Under the pieces are notes generated by a model. The model searched no databases and was not told the DNA's origin. It saw nothing but the letters and a program-made list of their open reading frames with translations. A stretch of DNA of 64,000 nucleotides. Source: a bacterium. Its GTDB lineage: Bacteria > Electryoneota > Electryoneia > Electryoneales > Electryoneaceae. The position numbers and the translations under genes were made by a program. This document shows positions 59,084-64,000 of the stretch, piece by piece (the first letter of the stretch is position 1; every line of letters begins with the position of its first letter). The stretch is taken from NCBI GenBank assembly GCA_963675295.2, contig CAXXKJ010000002.1, positions 3,680,001-3,744,000 on the forward strand, given 5' to 3'.

Positions 59084-59087
<4 letters not shown>

Positions 59088-60166
59088 GAAGCATCTCCAG
59101 GTGTCCACGTCAGGCCATCCAGATACTGCCGCAGATTGCTTCCAATCACGCGGGGCGCCTGTTTCAGCGCCGCCAGATCAGCAGATCCGGTCAACAACAT
59201 GGCCATTTTCAATTCGTGGGCCAGGGTTTCAACGAATTGCACCGCTCCATCATGCCCGTGCTCAAGGAATTGCAGCAATATAGCGCGTGCGTAGCCGGCG
59301 ATATCGGCTCCCAGCGCAATCGCCCGTGCGGCATCCAGACCGTCCATCATGCCACCGGACGCGATGACCGTCGCGTTGTTGCCGAGAATGGTCCGGGCGG
59401 CGTGCACACCTGCCGCGGTCGGAACACCCCAGTCGGCGAAAACCTGACCGGATCGCTGCAACGGACCGTTGGTCGGACGATGCGACTCGACTTTCGTCCA
59501 GCTCGTCCCGCCCGCGCCGGCAACGTCCACAATCGGTACGCCGATGACACGCAATCGTTCCAGCGTTTGCGGCGACAAACCCGCGCCGGTTTCCTTGACC
59601 AGAACGCGTCCGTCCATACGGTCAAGCAGCCGGGCAATGCCATCCAGCAGACCGCGGAACCGCCGGTTGCCTTCCAGTTGCACCAGTTCCTGCGCGGCGT
59701 TGAGGTGGACGCAAATTCCGTCGGCTTCAATCGCTTCCGCGAGTCCGGCGACAGTATCCGTCGGTACCTCAATCAATTGCACAGCGCCAATGTTGCCAAG
59801 GAGCACGCCGTTGGGAATTTCATCCCGCACGGCAAATTGTGATGTGACTTCCGGGTGACGGAGCATCACTCGTTGTGAACCTACGGCAAATGCAATGCCG
59901 GTTTGCTCGGCGACACGAGCCAGACCATGATTCAACCGCTCGGCAAACTCCGCCCCGCCAGTCATGCTGACGATCATGAACGGCAATGACAGCGGCTTTC
60001 CGAAGAACTCCGTCGAGAGGTTGAGCTCGCTCTCATCGAGTTCGGGGAGCGCCTGGTGTAACAATTTCACGTCTTCGAGTAGCGTTGTCTCGCTATGAGA
60101 CACATCGCTGTCCGAAACGATACGAAGGTGTTCGCTCTTGCGTCGCGATATCAGTGTGTCAGCCAA
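59084..60166 (-). CDS. fni: Type 2 isopentenyl-diphosphate delta-isomerase
   Basis: RKSEHL, HQALPE, SMTGG, VGSQR, HLNAAQE, VKETGAG, AGAGGTSW, IASGG. Confidence 0.93.
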
Positions 60167-60411
60167 CCGGATTCCTCAAGCTGTTGAACGCCTGAAATGT
60201 AAGGTTCGTACTGGAATTTTCCACCGGAAACGCTACGAAATGGAGCCTCCGGTGAACGTAAAGCCAAGCCAGAATCGTGCCTGTCCAGCTCGTGGTAAAG
60301 GTATCCGTCCGCAGCCCGCACAATCAAGATCGCAACCGTTGGATGCAAACAGGACGCAAAAGAAACGCCCGCGTGACGCGGGCGTAATTGATCTCGAACA
60401 TGGTACACTCT

Positions 60412-60816
60412 CTACCGGAACAGCGCTTTCAACGAACCCCACGTCTGCTGTACGGTGCTGATTGACAGCACGATGCTCTTGGTATCGCTGTGGACGTACT
60501 GTTCGTCCATCTGCGCCCGGATACGGTAGTGGAAGGTGCGCGTGGTCTGCTTGAACACGTCGGTGTCAATGAAGCGATATTCTTCACCCGCGCCTTGCGG
60601 GGTGAATGTGGCGATGTCGAAGTATTCGACGCCGTCCATGCTTCGTTCGATCACCAGCGAGGTGCAGCCGGCCTCATCGGCCATCGTCCACTCAATGATC
60701 ACCTGGCCATGCGGCGCGCTGAGGTTAAAATCTTCCCAGCTGGGCTCGGCGTAAGCCACGGCGACCGCGAGCAACGCGGCAACCACCAGTGTCAATATCC
60801 ACTTCGCACTCTTCAT
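60412..60816 (-). CDS. Small secreted FN3/Ig-like protein ending in TWGxLKxxFR
   Basis: Signal peptide; IEW...IERS.DG..Y...YRFID...YRI; C-terminal TVQQTWGSLKALFR. Confidence 0.65.
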   Translation of the reverse strand: MKSAKWILTLVVAALLAVAVAYAEPSWEDFNLSAPHGQVIIEWTMADEAGCTSLVIERSMDGVEYFDIATFTPQGAGEEYRFIDTDVFKQTTRTFHYRIRAQMDEQYVHSDTKSIVLSISTVQQTWGSLKALFR

Positions 60817-61130
60817 GTCAATAACCTAACACCTCTCGCGCGGGGGATCAAGTGCTAAGACTCAAATTCTGGCTCGATCTCGAATAGTGCCGAATACTGC
60901 GATCTTGATCAATGCACGGTGGCAAACGTACAGCTGTTCCATTGCTCATGCAACTGCTGTGATGATAACTCGGGTTACATTCGCGCGCTCGGCAACAAAA
61001 CGGAGGCTAACTCCTGGCTCACACCGGCGAGGCAAAAGGTGTTGCTCTCAGCTTGTCCGGGGGTGGAATAGGTGTTACATTGCGCGACTTGAAATGGACT
61101 CAACTTTAAGCAGAAGAAGTCAGGGCTACG

Positions 61131-61835
61131 ATGGCCAGGGAACAAAAACGTCTCAAGAAGCAAGAGCTGCGCGAAGATCCTCTGATGACGGCGATTACCA
61201 ACGCCCAGATCTGGCTCGCGGAGCACGGTAAAAAGTTGGCGATTGGTGTGGTTGTGGTCGCCGTGGTGGTGGTTGCGGTGGTGATGCTGCGCAACATGCG
61301 TACGGAAGCCGACCTCGAGTCGCGCCGGGCGTTCGCAGAAGCACAGCTCCAGCTCGCGCAGACCAACCCGGACGACATGATTCCGCCACTGCTGCGTGTC
61401 GCAGACGAATACAGCGGAACCTCCGGCGGCGCGGAAGCGTTGTACACCGCAGCGGAGATGGCGCTGAACGATCTCGACAATGAGCGCGCGGCAGAACTGT
61501 TTCAGCGTTTCCTTGACGAATACGGTAGCGAATACCTGTTACCGGAAGGTGCGTTGGGTGGTCTCGCGACGGCGTACATGAACATGGGCCAGTATCAGGA
61601 AGCCGCGGATACATACGTGAAACTGGCGAACGACAAGCGGGCCAGCCACTACCGTTATTTCGCCTTGCTGAATGCGGCGGAAGCCTATGTCAAGCTTGAG
61701 CAGTACGACAAGGCGCGTGAGGTTCTGAACATGGTCGTCGAGGAAAAATCGGCAACAGTGAGTGATTTCCGCACCCGTGCTCAGGAAGAATTGGCTCGGA
61801 TTGATGTTCTGGCGGACAGCGTCGGTCTCCCTTGA
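61131..61835 (+). CDS. YfgM-like membrane-anchored TPR protein
   Basis: KKQELREDP N-terminus, single TM, TPR helices. Confidence 0.75.
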   Translation: MAREQKRLKKQELREDPLMTAITNAQIWLAEHGKKLAIGVVVVAVVVVAVVMLRNMRTEADLESRRAFAEAQLQLAQTNPDDMIPPLLRVADEYSGTSGGAEALYTAAEMALNDLDNERAAELFQRFLDEYGSEYLLPEGALGGLATAYMNMGQYQEAADTYVKLANDKRASHYRYFALLNAAEAYVKLEQYDKAREVLNMVVEEKSATVSDFRTRAQEELARIDVLADSVGLP

Positions 61836-61919
61836 GTTTCGGGGAAACTGGAACTATATTTGTGTGCTTAACGGATGAGTGGGCCTGCGCCCACTCTTTT
61901 GTTTGCTGGAGGAGTTGGG

Positions 61920-62402
61920 GTGCTGACGGTTGAGAAGATCGAGACCCTCCTTCGACCGGTGCTTGAAGGCGGGGATTTGGAGCTTCTCGACCTGAAAGTG
62001 CTTGGCGCAAGGGGGCGTACAGCGTTTTACGCTGTCATAGACCATCGTTTCCGTCCGGTCAGCATCCAAGAGTTGACAACCATCTCTCGCCAGTTCGAGG
62101 ACATCCTTGACATGAGCGAGGAAGTCCCCCGCGAGTATTCGCTGGACGTGACCTCCCCGGGTATCGACCACCCGTTGCGGCATGAATGGGAGTACTCCAA
62201 GAATGTGGGACGCAAGCTGAAGATGGAGATTCAGCGCGATCCGGCGGACATTGCTGATGGCAAGGGACCGCTGGGGGACAAACAGACAGAGACGTTTTCA
62301 GCGGAGTTGACGGAGGTGCGTAACGGCACGTTGCAGTTTGCCGATGGACGTACCGTACCGTTGGACCAGGTCCGGTTGGCGAAGGTCAAGCTCCCATGGT
62401 GA
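61920..62402 (+). CDS. rimP: Ribosome maturation factor RimP
   Basis: YSLDVTSPGIDHPL; directly upstream of nusA. Confidence 0.88.
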   Translation: MLTVEKIETLLRPVLEGGDLELLDLKVLGARGRTAFYAVIDHRFRPVSIQELTTISRQFEDILDMSEEVPREYSLDVTSPGIDHPLRHEWEYSKNVGRKLKMEIQRDPADIADGKGPLGDKQTETFSAELTEVRNGTLQFADGRTVPLDQVRLAKVKLPW

Positions 62403-62415
62403 AGGAAGAGTTGGT

Positions 62416-63933
62416 ATGAATCAGGCAGTTGTGGATGCCATCTCGTCGATCATTCGCGAGAAGAACATCGACCGTGACACCTTTCAGGAGATCATTGAAT
62501 CGGTCTTTCTGAAAGCGATTGAGAAGCGGTTTGGCACCAGCGATAACTTTTCCGTGATCTTCAACCTTGAAAAAGGTGACATCGAGATCTACGCGGAGAA
62601 GACGGTCGTTCCGGACGGAGAGCTTGAGGACGAAGCGACCGAGATCGAGTTGTCGCGGGCGTTGGAGACGGACGAGGACATTGAAGTCGAGGACGATTTT
62701 GTTGAGGTCATCGACTACAATTCCTTTGGCCGCCGGCTCATTCTGTCCACCAAGCAGAATCTGATCCAGAAGATCAAGGAAATTGAAAAGCAGAACCTGT
62801 TTGAAGAATTCAGCAAGCGTATCGGCGAGATCGTAATCGGTGATGTCCACCAGGCGAACCGGCGTGAGATCCGGATCAACGTGGACAAGACGGAAGTGGT
62901 CATGCCGCAATCGGAGCAGATTTACAATGAGCGCTGGCGTCGTGGCCAGTCGATCAAAGGCATCATTCTGGAGGTCCGCGAAACAAATCGTGAACCTCAG
63001 ATTATTATCTCTCGGAAGAGCGAGCTGTTTGTGCGGCGGCTGTTTGAGCTCGAAGTTCCAGAGATTTTCGACAACATTGTCGAGATCAAGAAGATCGCGC
63101 GCGAGGCGGGTGATCGTACCAAGATCGCGGTGACCAGCAATGACCCGCGCGTTGACCCGGTCGGTGCCTGTGTCGGCATGAAGGGTGTCCGCATCCAGGC
63201 GATCGTGCGGGAGCTGAACAACGAGAAGATCGACATCATCCCGTACACGAATGATCGTGAACTGATGGTGCGCCGCAGCCTGGCCCCGGTGATTCCGTTG
63301 GAGATTCTTTTCCACGAGACCGAGCCACAGGTGACGGTTGTTGTTCCGGATGACCAGATGTCGATGGCAATCGGCCGTCGCGGGCAGAACATCCGGCTGG
63401 CGAGTGAGATTACCGGCTTCCAGATCGATCCGGTCAAGGAATCCGAGTACTATATCGAAGAGCTTCCGCTCGGTGAGGTGGAAGAGCTGAGTCCGGAAAC
63501 GTTGAGCCTGCTTTCCGCCGCCGGATTGAACAGCGCGGAAGAGGTCATTGAGGCTGGCATGGACGGCCTGCTCGACCTCGAAGGGGTCGATCCGGAAATG
63601 GCTGCGGAAATCCTCGAAGTCCTCGAGTCCTATTACGAGGATGATGATGACGACGAGGACGGCGTCTTCTTTGAATCCGATGACGACGATGAGGATGAGG
63701 ACGACGACGCCCCGGAAGTCATCGAAGTCGAACCGATTGAAGTCCCGGTGAAAGCCGCCAAGCCCGAGGATGGGGAAACCGGCGACGCTGAAACCGATGA
63801 TACCGAAGAAGATAAAGCGGAAGCCGGCGATGACGAACCGGCAGCCGAAGCAGCGGAACAACCGGACGATGAGCCGGAAACCGCTGATACTGATGTTGAA
63901 GACGATGTTGAGGACGAAGAGAAAACGAAGTAA
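62416..63933 (+). CDS. nusA: Transcription termination factor NusA with long acidic C-terminal tail
   Basis: FGRR...KQ, LFELEVPEI, AREAGDRTKIAV, DPVGACVGMKGVRIQ, AIGRRGQNIRLA. Confidence 0.96.
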   Translation: MNQAVVDAISSIIREKNIDRDTFQEIIESVFLKAIEKRFGTSDNFSVIFNLEKGDIEIYAEKTVVPDGELEDEATEIELSRALETDEDIEVEDDFVEVIDYNSFGRRLILSTKQNLIQKIKEIEKQNLFEEFSKRIGEIVIGDVHQANRREIRINVDKTEVVMPQSEQIYNERWRRGQSIKGIILEVRETNREPQIIISRKSELFVRRLFELEVPEIFDNIVEIKKIAREAGDRTKIAVTSNDPRVDPVGACVGMKGVRIQAIVRELNNEKIDIIPYTNDRELMVRRSLAPVIPLEILFHETEPQVTVVVPDDQMSMAIGRRGQNIRLASEITGFQIDPVKESEYYIEELPLGEVEELSPETLSLLSAAGLNSAEEVIEAGMDGLLDLEGVDPEMAAEILEVLESYYEDDDDDEDGVFFESDDDDEDEDDDAPEVIEVEPIEVPVKAAKPEDGETGDAETDDTEEDKAEAGDDEPAAEAAEQPDDEPETADTDVEDDVEDEEKTK

Positions 63934-64000
63934 CTCGACGTCGTGTTGTACATCCGGCGGGCGGACGTGGCAGGGTGCCCGTCCATGCGACACCGCAGGT

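Overview
Bacterial, fairly GC-rich window. The YPNPFN-type (T9SS-like) C-terminal sorting domains suggest an FCB-related lineage (inference). From left to right it contains: the 3' end of citrate synthase; several sensor kinases and housekeeping genes (gpmA, MerR regulator, tRNA-Pro(GGG)); a ~9.8 kb island integrated in tRNA-Pro, bounded by an 85-bp att direct repeat and carrying a truncated tyrosine integrase; a MacAB-like ABC exporter; a ~17 kb cluster of secreted enzymes and repeat proteins with sorting domains; a mevalonate operon with an HMG-CoA reductase-mevalonate kinase fusion; and rimP-nusA. The most notable element is the island cargo: seven small secreted Ig/pilin-like proteins, followed by a tandem chaperone-like protein and a lipoprotein-TPR-secretin, with no usher and no ATPase. 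Five of the seven subunit genes are cassettes sharing a conserved, structured ~120-nt leader and a near-identical signal peptide but with highly divergent mature domains. This is a candidate undescribed chaperone-secretin fibre system with a variable subunit array. All functional calls come from motif recognition by eye; no database searches were run.
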